Both the position numbers and the translations under genes were made by a program. From an uncultured delta proteobacterium (GTDB lineage Bacteria; Desulfobacterota; WTBG01; CAIYCZ01; CAIRTM01): a DNA stretch of 64,000 nt. The stretch covers positions 2,450 to 66,449 of the forward strand of contig CAIWCT010000037.1 of NCBI GenBank assembly GCA_903911225.1. Direction: 5' to 3'. This document shows, one piece after another, positions 28,863 to 37,722 of this stretch. Numbering within the stretch: the stretch's first letter is position 1; the number at the start of each line of letters is the position of its first letter. The notes under the pieces were generated by a model. That model had not been told where the DNA came from. It worked only from the letters and a program-made list of their open reading frames with translations, and ran no database searches.

Positions 28863-30080
28863 ATGCGGATCATTTATTTACACCAATACTTCAATACACC
28901 CGATATGGCTGGCGGGACGCGATCTTACGAAATGGCGCGCAGGTTAGTAGCTGCTGGTCATGAGGTAAATATGGTAACGACTTGGAGAGAACCAACAAAT
29001 AATAAAGGTTGGTTCTCAACGAAGGTAGCGGGTATTCAGGTGCACTGGCTTCCTGTGCCGTACTCAAATGAAATGAGCTTTATTGAGCGCATTCAAGCTT
29101 TTATTCGTTTTGCGTGGGCGTCAGCATGGAAAGCAGCCTCATTGTCTGGTGACATTGTTTTTGCGACAAGCACACCCCTTACGATTACGATACCCGGAGT
29201 TCTTGCTTCGTGGTGGAAGCGCGTTCCTATGGTTTTCGAGGTTCGCGACATGTGGCCGGATGTGCCAATAGCGCTTGGGGTCTTGCACGATCCAATTCTT
29301 ATTTGGCTATCAAAGCGGTTGGAAATTTTTGCTTACAGACAGGCTGCTCACGTGGTTGCGCTGGCGCCAGGCATGCGTGAGGACATTATCGCAAAGGGTA
29401 TCCCTGCGGAGAAGGTTTCAGTCATAGCTGGCGGTTGTGATCTGGATATGTTTTCTGCAACTTCAGACAGCGCTTCACCAAGACTTGAGCATGCATGGCT
29501 AGGTGAACGAAAGCTTGTGATATATGCAGGAACGATCGGCAAGGCCAATGGTGTGGATTATCTGGTGCGGCTTGCTCAAGAGGTCGCGGTGATGGATCCT
29601 GAGATTCGATTTGCGGTTTTTGGCGACGGGCAAGAATGGGATTCCGTTTACAAGCTTGCAGATAAGCTCGGTATAATTGAGCAAAATTTTTTTATGTTTA
29701 CTGCGCTTTCAAAAAAAAAGACAGCTGTTTGGCTCAGGGCGGCTGATATGCACATGGCTCTCATGCGAGGGCCACGGATTTTTATCAAGGATGCGGTTAA
29801 CAATAAATTTTTTGACGCACTGGCTGCAGGGAAACCCATTGCCAACAATTTTGATGGCTGGCAGTCGCGTGTGGCAGAGGAAGCGGGCGTTGGTCTGATT
29901 CTGGATCCCGATGATATCGTGTCGGCTTCGCGTCATCTTGTTGATGTTTTGCATGATACTGATTGGCTCAATATGGTGCCAAGCCGGGCACACGATCTTG
30001 CTACGGGGAAATTCAGCTGTGATCGATTAGTCTTACAGCTGGAGAAGGTGCTGGCAGGTGCTGTGATACAGGGCGAATGA
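28863..30080 (+). CDS. Glycosyltransferase family 4 (WbuB-like)
   Basis: MRIIYLHQYFNTPDMAGGTRSYEMARRLVAAGHEV is a typical WbuB-type N-terminus. An A9 tract lies at 29711-29719. Confidence 0.8.
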   Translation: MRIIYLHQYFNTPDMAGGTRSYEMARRLVAAGHEVNMVTTWREPTNNKGWFSTKVAGIQVHWLPVPYSNEMSFIERIQAFIRFAWASAWKAASLSGDIVFATSTPLTITIPGVLASWWKRVPMVFEVRDMWPDVPIALGVLHDPILIWLSKRLEIFAYRQAAHVVALAPGMREDIIAKGIPAEKVSVIAGGCDLDMFSATSDSASPRLEHAWLGERKLVIYAGTIGKANGVDYLVRLAQEVAVMDPEIRFAVFGDGQEWDSVYKLADKLGIIEQNFFMFTALSKKKTAVWLRAADMHMALMRGPRIFIKDAVNNKFFDALAAGKPIANNFDGWQSRVAEEAGVGLILDPDDIVSASRHLVDVLHDTDWLNMVPSRAHDLATGKFSCDRLVLQLEKVLAGAVIQGE

Positions 30081-30202
30081 AACGCCTTTTTGATGCTACA
30101 GCTTCTGCCGCTTCAATTTTTCGAATGCGCATAGAGAGACCCATGGAAAATCCAGATGATTATTCTGGCTAAAATTCATTAAAGAAAAATTTGGCAAATC
30201 AC

Positions 30203-31780
30203 ATGCAACAAAAGACCAAGTATATCCCTTTATTGAGAAATGTAAAAATTCGATCGGCAATCGGGTTTATTCTTCTGGCCCTGTCTGCGATATTTGCCGG
30301 CATTATTTTTAGTGAAGGCCGCCTTGAAGTAATAGTTTTGATTACTGCAATCGCCTGGATGGCAGCTGTATTCTTCACGGATAAATATGTTCATAAGTAT
30401 CCGCAGAGATACTTTGCTTATCTTTTCGCTTCGCACATGAAAGCCGCTGTAATCATGGCATTTTTTTTATACGTTTTTGGCTGTATCGCCGGTCGAATTG
30501 ACGCACCGCCTCTTGTCTTGTGGACAGGCTTCATACTGTTTGTTTTAGCAGATGCCCTTGCTTCCATTCCCCGCTGCCGGGATATTCTGAAAAAATCATC
30601 TCAAGAAATGCCACCTGCTGCAGATGAGGAAGATAGCTCCAGCGATGTATTCACCAAGGCGGATTATCTTAAACTGGCGGCATCTTTAGTCGACAAGCAG
30701 GCATTTCTCAGAAAAATTCGTCCTGATTTAGACAAGCCATTCCTTGATTTTATCAAAAATAACTTACCGGATCTTCAGGGCGGGGCAGGTGATGTGCTGA
30801 TTTTAGATGATATAACCGCAGCAGATAATAAGTTTTCCACTGCTCCGGTTGGCCTTCTCATCGGCCGCACCCAAATAAACAACGTGCTTCGGCTGAACCA
30901 GTTTATGCAGTTTTGCTCAGGGTGCATAAGTATGGGGGGATATATCGTTATCCGGTACCTGCCGCTTGAAAACGCCAAAAAGAATTTGAGGGCACGCTAC
31001 GCAGGCCCTTTCTATTGGATGGCATTTATTCTTCATTTCATATGGTATCGCGCAATCCCGAAAATTCGATGGTTAGAAAAACTGTATTTTGCGCCGGTGC
31101 TTTCATGGCTAGATACCATTCATCTTTCATTCGTGAAGAAAAGAAATCGGGTGCTGTCTAAGGCTGAAGTCTGGGGCCGCTTATCGTTTTATGGCATGAA
31201 CGTGCTGGCAGAATCAGAAGGTGATGGCGAACTATATATAATTGCTCAGCGCACTGCATTACCGGTTCAAAATAAAACACCTTCATTCTATATCATTGCC
31301 GTTTTGGAAAAAGTCGGTCTGGATGGCAAAAGCCTTCATACTCATAAAATAAGAACCATGTATCCATTCAGCGAGTTTCTCCAAAAGCGGATATTCGAAG
31401 ATCATGGTTTGGCGGCAACAGGAAAATTTGCCAATGATTTCCGGCTTACAGATTATGGAATCTTTCTACGAAAATACTGGCTCGATGAATTGCCCCAGAT
31501 ATTTGACTGGTTGCGCGGTGAAATTAAATTGGTTGGAATGAGGGCGACGAGCCGACATTTTTTAAGTTTATACCCAAAGGAACTCTATGATCTCTATATT
31601 CAAATAAAGCCGGGGCTAATCCCCCCTGTTTTTGACGAAAGCACAAACGGTTTTGATCAAATCGTTGAGGTGGAATTAACTTATCTCAAGAGTTATTGGA
31701 AGCAACCCTTGAGCACTGATGTCCGGTGTTTTTTTAAAACGTTTACGGATATCGTTTTTAGAGGCGTACGAAGCAAATGA
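30203..31780 (+). CDS. Large phosphoglycosyl (sugar) transferase with an N-terminal 4-TM region, a central domain of unknown function and a divergent catalytic domain
   Basis: C-terminal Bac_transf-like motifs HKIRTM, DFRLTDYGIFLRKYWLDELPQIFDWLRGEIKLVGMRA. These compare with the canonical KFRTM...DELPQ..NVL.G.MS.VGPRP. AT-richer block. Confidence 0.65.
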   Translation: MQQKTKYIPLLRNVKIRSAIGFILLALSAIFAGIIFSEGRLEVIVLITAIAWMAAVFFTDKYVHKYPQRYFAYLFASHMKAAVIMAFFLYVFGCIAGRIDAPPLVLWTGFILFVLADALASIPRCRDILKKSSQEMPPAADEEDSSSDVFTKADYLKLAASLVDKQAFLRKIRPDLDKPFLDFIKNNLPDLQGGAGDVLILDDITAADNKFSTAPVGLLIGRTQINNVLRLNQFMQFCSGCISMGGYIVIRYLPLENAKKNLRARYAGPFYWMAFILHFIWYRAIPKIRWLEKLYFAPVLSWLDTIHLSFVKKRNRVLSKAEVWGRLSFYGMNVLAESEGDGELYIIAQRTALPVQNKTPSFYIIAVLEKVGLDGKSLHTHKIRTMYPFSEFLQKRIFEDHGLAATGKFANDFRLTDYGIFLRKYWLDELPQIFDWLRGEIKLVGMRATSRHFLSLYPKELYDLYIQIKPGLIPPVFDESTNGFDQIVEVELTYLKSYWKQPLSTDVRCFFKTFTDIVFRGVRSK

Positions 31781-31804
31781 AACTGTGTAAATAAGAGAAT
31801 AATC

Positions 31805-33856
31805 ATGTGCGGCATATTCGGATTAGTCGTTCATAAAGATGCGGGCTATGAACACGCTTTTATAAAAAAATCTTTAAGGATACTCGCTCAACTTTCGGAA
31901 TCACGGGGCAGAGATTCATCGGGACTTGTATTTAGGAATGAGCCGGAAAAGGAATTCCTGGTTTTCAAAGGGCCTGTATATCTCAGCTGTCTCTTGAAAA
32001 GGAAGGAGGTCGGGGCTCTAACCGATCACTTGGCCGAGTCATCTTGCAGCAATCAAACGATAGGGCCGCAAAACATATTTGCAGTGATGGGGCATTCACG
32101 ACTCGTCACAAACGGATCACAGCTCAATGATGCAAATAATCAACCGGTTGTCAAAGACGGTGTGATCGGGATTCATAACGGCATTATTGTGAACGAGGAC
32201 GAGCTCTGGTCGCATCATCCTGAGATGCAGAAGACCTGTGATATTGACACAGAGGTTATGCTGGCTTTGATCAGGGCGCATATCCGGGCCGGCTGGGATG
32301 TCGCAACAGCAATTTCAAAAACGGTAAAAGAAATCTTTGGCACTGTTGCGGCAGCATTTTTTTTTGATGACCTTAACAAGCTTGCGATAGCTACCAACAA
32401 CGGTTCTTTGTATGTTTTGACCGATGAGAGCGGATTTTTTGCCTTTGCTTCAGAAGAATATTTTCTGAGAAGATTGGCCCAGGCGATGCATTTAGATACG
32501 AATGAAAAATTTTGGATACGTCAGGTCGCTCCGGGTAAGGGGTTTGTGTTTGATTTAGAACACTTCCGGCTGCAGGAGTTTTCTTTTTCATCTGAGGACA
32601 GAAGATCCACAGTACATTCCAACCGAGACATGCCCTGCCGGATTGTGGTGCAATCTGTCTCAGATGGACGGCCTCAAAGAGAATTGGTCCTGGATCCCGC
32701 CAGAATTGCAGCACATCCCAAAGCCTTATCAGAGGCAGCTCTTTTAGAGTTCAATATCGACCGCATTGAGTCTCTTCGAAGGTGTACCAGATGTCTTTTG
32801 CCGGAAACATTCCCTTTTATCGAATATGATGAGCAGGGTGTCTGCAATTATTGTAATAATTATATTGTCAAGAATAAGCCCAAGCCCAGCGAAGAACTCT
32901 TTGATCTTGTCAAACCCTATCGTCGATCCGATGGCGGTTACGACTGTATTATTCCCTATAGCGGAGGACGGGACAGTACCTTCACCCTGCATTTCGCAAA
33001 AACTGTTTTGAAGCTTAACCCCCTCGCCTTTACCTATGATTGGGGAATGGTGAACGACCTTGCAAGGCGAAATATTGCACGGGTTTGCGGAAAGCTTGGT
33101 GTGGAGAATATTATCGTTTCTGCCGACATTGCCTGGAAACGCGAAAACATACGGAAGAACATCCTGGCATGGCTTGAAAAACCACACCTTGGAATGGTGC
33201 CATTGTTCATGGCAGGCGACAAGTATTTTTTTTATTATACTGATAAGATTAAGAAACAGAACGGGCTACGCCTCAATGTCTGGGGAATCAACCCCCTGGA
33301 AAATACAGAATTCAAAGTCGGTTTTCTTGGCGTTCCCCCGGATCACCATAAAAAGAGAATTTATTCGCTTTCAGCCAAAAGGCAGACGCGATTGTTTTTC
33401 AATATGCAGAAAATCATACGGGACAACCCGCGCTACTTGAATAGTTCCGTGTGGGACACGATAGGTTCATTTATAGCCAGATCCATTGTGCCGCATCGCG
33501 ATTATTACCATTTATTTGATTACTACCGATGGGATGAAAACGAGATCGAGAAACTTGTCCGTGAAGAATACCAATGGGAAACCGCCATAGACACCCAAAC
33601 CACCTGGCGGATCGGAGATGGAACAGCCCCCTTCTATAATTATATCTATTACACTGTTGCCGGATTTTCAGAGTACGATACATTCCGCAGCAATCAAATT
33701 CGTGAAGGAATGATGAGTCGAGAAGAGGGAATGCGTCTTGTCATGCTGGAGAATCGACCGAGATATGCTTCCATTAAATGGTATACAGATATACTCAACC
33801 TTGATTTTCCGTCAATAATTAAACAAATAAATAGCATACCAAAGCTATACAGTTGA
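31805..33856 (+). CDS. Fusion protein: class-II glutamine amidotransferase domain + N-acetyl-sugar amidotransferase (WbuX/WbpG-type PP-loop)
   Basis: N-terminal Ntn nucleophile MCGIFG with GHSRLVTNG and HNGIIVNEDEL. C-terminal half CTRCLLPETFPFIEYDEQGVCNYCNNY followed by the PP-loop IIPYSGGRDST. Confidence 0.7.
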   Translation: MCGIFGLVVHKDAGYEHAFIKKSLRILAQLSESRGRDSSGLVFRNEPEKEFLVFKGPVYLSCLLKRKEVGALTDHLAESSCSNQTIGPQNIFAVMGHSRLVTNGSQLNDANNQPVVKDGVIGIHNGIIVNEDELWSHHPEMQKTCDIDTEVMLALIRAHIRAGWDVATAISKTVKEIFGTVAAAFFFDDLNKLAIATNNGSLYVLTDESGFFAFASEEYFLRRLAQAMHLDTNEKFWIRQVAPGKGFVFDLEHFRLQEFSFSSEDRRSTVHSNRDMPCRIVVQSVSDGRPQRELVLDPARIAAHPKALSEAALLEFNIDRIESLRRCTRCLLPETFPFIEYDEQGVCNYCNNYIVKNKPKPSEELFDLVKPYRRSDGGYDCIIPYSGGRDSTFTLHFAKTVLKLNPLAFTYDWGMVNDLARRNIARVCGKLGVENIIVSADIAWKRENIRKNILAWLEKPHLGMVPLFMAGDKYFFYYTDKIKKQNGLRLNVWGINPLENTEFKVGFLGVPPDHHKKRIYSLSAKRQTRLFFNMQKIIRDNPRYLNSSVWDTIGSFIARSIVPHRDYYHLFDYYRWDENEIEKLVREEYQWETAIDTQTTWRIGDGTAPFYNYIYYTVAGFSEYDTFRSNQIREGMMSREEGMRLVMLENRPRYASIKWYTDILNLDFPSIIKQINSIPKLYS

Positions 33857-33872
33857 TGACAGCCGAGGAAAA

Positions 33873-35081
33873 ATGCAAAAAGCAGTCTGGTATATTTCTA
33901 AGTACGCAGGCCCTTTAAAGTATGGGGCTGGATCACGCCATTTTTATCTTGCCGGTGAGTTTAACCTGCTTGGCTGGAGCACTGTAGTGATTTGCTCCGA
34001 TTCCAATCACTTGGCTAAAATACCTGCTTTTCAGTCTATTTATACTCACGAAAGCATAGATGGCATCGATACCTGGTGGATAAAAACTATCAAATACAAG
34101 GGCTCTACCTCGTTCAGAAGGATATTGAGCTGGATCGATTTTGAGATCAAGCTCTGGTTCATGCCAAAAGATATGATTGCCCGACCTGATATCGTTATTG
34201 TTTCTTCTTTATCGCTACTGACTATCTTGAATGGATTTTGGCTTAAAAAGCGTTTTGGCTGCAAGCTAATATTTGAGATTCGAGATATATGGCCACTGAC
34301 CATTATAGAAGAAGGCGGCTTTAGCCCCAGGAATCCATTTGTCATGCTTCTGGCCTGGGTGGAAAAATTTGGCTATAATATTTCCGATATCATCGTTGGA
34401 ACCATGCCTAATTTATCTGAACACGTCAAGGAAGTAACAGGTAAAAATTTTAATTGCCATTGTATTCCTATGGGATATAACCCTGCTTTGTATAATAATC
34501 AGGAATCGTTGCCGGAAGGATATGAGGACTGCTATATTCCCAAAAACAAATTTATTATTGGTTATGCGGGGACCATCGGGATAACCAATGCCTTGGACAC
34601 ATTGATTGAATGCGCCATGGAAATGAAGGACAACCCGCGCGTCCATTTTCTTTTATTAGGCGATGGTGATTTATTAAATGAATACAAAGTAAGAGTAAGG
34701 GGACTGCAGAATATCACCTTCGCACCAAAAGTGAAAAAATCTCAAGTTCAAACAGTGCTTAGCCACTGCCAGGTTCTTTACTTCAGTGCTCTGAATTCCA
34801 AAGTGTGGCGATATGGATTATCGTTGAACAAGATGATTGATTATATGATGGCCGGCAAACCGATTATTGCATCTTACAGTGGCTATCCATCCATGATCAA
34901 TGAGGCCAAATGTGGTGTTTTTATCCCTGCAGAAAATACTTCAGCGTTCAAACAGGCCATAGCCGAATATGAGCAGTTGCCGATAGATCAATTGGAATTA
35001 ATGGGAAAAAAAGGTAAGGAATGGCTTTTGAAAAATCGTCCGTACGACAAAGTGGCTCTTGAGTATTGCAAGCTGTTTTAA
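33873..35081 (+). CDS. Glycosyltransferase family 4 (WbuB-like paralogue)
   Basis: WYISKYAGPLKYGAGSRHFYLAGEF. EIRDIWPLT. The architecture parallels the gene at 28863. Confidence 0.8.
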   Translation: MQKAVWYISKYAGPLKYGAGSRHFYLAGEFNLLGWSTVVICSDSNHLAKIPAFQSIYTHESIDGIDTWWIKTIKYKGSTSFRRILSWIDFEIKLWFMPKDMIARPDIVIVSSLSLLTILNGFWLKKRFGCKLIFEIRDIWPLTIIEEGGFSPRNPFVMLLAWVEKFGYNISDIIVGTMPNLSEHVKEVTGKNFNCHCIPMGYNPALYNNQESLPEGYEDCYIPKNKFIIGYAGTIGITNALDTLIECAMEMKDNPRVHFLLLGDGDLLNEYKVRVRGLQNITFAPKVKKSQVQTVLSHCQVLYFSALNSKVWRYGLSLNKMIDYMMAGKPIIASYSGYPSMINEAKCGVFIPAENTSAFKQAIAEYEQLPIDQLELMGKKGKEWLLKNRPYDKVALEYCKLF

Positions 35082-35145
35082 TCTAACCCGATTTTCACAT
35101 GGTTAACTTGTCAAAACAATTTATGGCCATACCGGTGTCTTCACG

Positions 35146-35739
35146 ATGAAGCGTCTGTTCGACCTGAACATCGCATCGGGTTTATCGCTGCTGTTGGCGC
35201 CACTTCTTGTCTTATTGTCTTTGATGGTCCGCATAAGGCTCGGTTCGCCGATCTTTTTTGTTCAAACGCGACCCGGACTGCACGGCAAGCCGTTCAGCAT
35301 GTTCAAGTTTCGCACTATGACCGATGAGCAGGATGCGGATGGCAACCTGCTCCCCGACGATAGGCGGCTAATACCTCTTGGGAAATTTTTTCGCAGCACA
35401 AGCCTGGATGAACTCCCTGAGCTGTTTAACGTGCTCAGGGGGGATATGAGCCTGGTTGGACCGCGGCCGCTGCTGATGGAATATCTGCCGCTCTACTCAC
35501 GGGAGCAGGCGCGGCGGCATGAGGTGCGGCCCGGCATCACCGGCTGGGCGCAGGTTAACGGTCGCAATGCAATCAGTTGGGAAGATAAGTTCAGTCTGGA
35601 TGTGTGGTATGTCGATAATCAATCCTTTTGGCTCGATATGAAAATACTCTGGATGACCTTCATAAAAGTTTTCAAGCGCGAGGGGATCAGCCAGCAGGGT
35701 CAGGCGACGATGGAAAAATTTAAAGGCGGTACAGCATGA
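35146..35739 (+). CDS. Small monotopic phosphoglycosyl transferase (PglC/EpsL-like initiating sugar transferase)
   Basis: MKRLFDL...LLLAPLLVLLSLMVRIRLGSPIFFVQTRPGLHGKPFSMFKFRTM...DELPELFNVLRGDMSLVGPRPLL. Confidence 0.9.
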   Translation: MKRLFDLNIASGLSLLLAPLLVLLSLMVRIRLGSPIFFVQTRPGLHGKPFSMFKFRTMTDEQDADGNLLPDDRRLIPLGKFFRSTSLDELPELFNVLRGDMSLVGPRPLLMEYLPLYSREQARRHEVRPGITGWAQVNGRNAISWEDKFSLDVWYVDNQSFWLDMKILWMTFIKVFKREGISQQGQATMEKFKGGTA

Positions 35740-36380
35740 ATAATGAACTGAAGCCTATTTTTATGTTCGGCGCCAGCGGACATTCCAAAGTGGTGATCGA
35801 TATCATCGAAAAGCAGGGCGCCTACAGGGTGGCTTTTCTTGCAGATGATAATATCGGCTTGAAAGGCTCCGATCTCTATAACTACCGGATCATCGGGGGT
35901 CGGGACGAGTTGCTTACCGGCGACATCAGGCAGGGCATTGTCACCATCGGCAGCAACAGCACCCGGGATCGTGTTGCCGCATGGTTGACTGCTCATGGCT
36001 GTGAGCTGGTCAGCGCTATTCACCCTTCGGCCCAGATCGGTCGGGACGTTTGTATGGGACGCGGCAGCGTAGTCATGCCAGGGGCCATCATCAACTCCGG
36101 CACCCGCATTGGCGGGAATGCTATTGTCAACACGCGGGCCAGTGTCGATCACGACTGCACTATCGGCGAGGCAGTGCACATTGCCCCCGGCTCTACCCTG
36201 TGCGGCAATGTGGTTGTCGGCAGCGGCACACTGATCGGCGCAGGGGCAACCATTATCCCTAATCTGAGAATCGGCAGCAATACCGTAGTCGGCGCCGGGG
36301 CTACGGTCACAGGCGATCTTCCGTCAAACTGTACCGCAGTCGGTACTCCGGCACGGATCATCAAACAAGGAGGACAATGA
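35736..36380 (+). CDS. NeuD/PglD/EpsM-family hexapeptide acetyltransferase
   Basis: N-terminal Rossmann-like IFMFGASGHSKVVIDIIE. C-terminal LbH repeats (IGGNAIVNTRASVDHDCTIGEAVHIAPGSTLCGNVVVG). Confidence 0.85.
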   Translation: MNNELKPIFMFGASGHSKVVIDIIEKQGAYRVAFLADDNIGLKGSDLYNYRIIGGRDELLTGDIRQGIVTIGSNSTRDRVAAWLTAHGCELVSAIHPSAQIGRDVCMGRGSVVMPGAIINSGTRIGGNAIVNTRASVDHDCTIGEAVHIAPGSTLCGNVVVGSGTLIGAGATIIPNLRIGSNTVVGAGATVTGDLPSNCTAVGTPARIIKQGGQ

Positions 36381-37510
36381 ACAAGCGCATCTACCTTTCC
36401 CCTCCCCACATGGGCGGGCAGGAGCAGCAGTTTATCCAGGAGGCTTTCGCGAGCAATTGGATCGCGCCACTGGGGCCCAATGTTGATGCATTTGAAAAAG
36501 AGCTCTCGGACATGGCGGGCATGGCCGGTGGTGTGGCCCTCTCATCGGGCACTGCGGCAATACACCTGTCGCTGAAATATCTGGGCGTGGGCCCCGGCGA
36601 TCATGTGCTGTGCTCGACTTTTACTTTTTCGGCCAGCTGCAATCCGATTGTCTATGAAAAGGCTATACCTGTTTTTGTTGATGCGGATGCCGAGTCCTGG
36701 AATATGTCTCCTGCCGCACTTGAAAAAGCAATCAGCGACCTGAACAAAAAAGGCATTAAACCAAAGGCTGCCGTTGTTGTCGAGCTCTACGGTCGCAGCG
36801 CCGACTATGATCGCCTGTTACCGATACTTGACCTCGCCGGCATACCCGTTATAGAGGATGCTGCCGAAGCCCTGGGCTCGACCTACAAGGGCCGCTGGTG
36901 CGGCTCTTTCGGAAGGTTCGGCATATTTTCGTTTAACGGCAATAAGATCATCACCACCTCGGGCGGGGGCATGGCGGTTGCAAACGATGTTGACGCCCTG
37001 CGCACAATGCGCTTTTGGGCATCCCAGTCCCGCGACCCGGGCCGACATTATGAACATAGCCAGATCGGTTACAACTACCGCATGTCAAATGTGCTGGCAG
37101 GCATCGGCCGCGGGCAGTTGCGGGTGCTGCGAGACCGGGTTCAGCAAAAACGGAAGATTCATAGCAGATATCGGGAGGCCTTCGGCGATATTGCCGATAT
37201 TGAGTTCATGCCCTGCATTGATGGATGCCATTCAAATGACTGGCTCACGGTCATTACCCTGAAGAGCGGATCCGCAGTGAGCCCGGATGCTATAATAGAT
37301 GCCCTGGAGGGCCACAATATCGAATCGCGTCCTGTGTGGAAGCCTATGCATCTGCAGCCGATATTTGTGGGCTGCCCGTTTTACTCGCAGCTGGATGCGG
37401 GAAGTATAGCCGAAAATTTGTTTAAGCGGGGTGTGTGCCTGCCCTCTGGAACGCAAATGACCGAATCCCAACAGGATCAGGTGATTCAGCTTATCCGGAA
37501 GATTTTTTAA
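36377..37510 (+). CDS. DegT-family aminotransferase (PglE/EpsN-like)
   Basis: IYLSPPHMGGQEQQFIQEAFASNWIAPLGPNVDAFE. VIEDAAEALGSTYKGR. FSFNGNKIITTSGGGM (catalytic Lys). Confidence 0.85.
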   Translation: MNKRIYLSPPHMGGQEQQFIQEAFASNWIAPLGPNVDAFEKELSDMAGMAGGVALSSGTAAIHLSLKYLGVGPGDHVLCSTFTFSASCNPIVYEKAIPVFVDADAESWNMSPAALEKAISDLNKKGIKPKAAVVVELYGRSADYDRLLPILDLAGIPVIEDAAEALGSTYKGRWCGSFGRFGIFSFNGNKIITTSGGGMAVANDVDALRTMRFWASQSRDPGRHYEHSQIGYNYRMSNVLAGIGRGQLRVLRDRVQQKRKIHSRYREAFGDIADIEFMPCIDGCHSNDWLTVITLKSGSAVSPDAIIDALEGHNIESRPVWKPMHLQPIFVGCPFYSQLDAGSIAENLFKRGVCLPSGTQMTESQQDQVIQLIRKIF

Positions 37511-37722
37511 GGCCGGGGTGTCAGGCGGTTAGAGCGCGGATGTCGGAGGATAGAGCAAATACAGTTTGGGGTTCGGAGAAATGAAGGACGGAGGGGCTCC
37601 TCCCCTTTAAAGAGCTTCCAAGAAAAGCACAAATAAAATGGAATGGGAACAAGAATCGTAAACAAGCGGAAAGGGGGTTATTGAAAAACCCCGCCACATC
37701 ATAATGGTATGGATGCCTGTAT

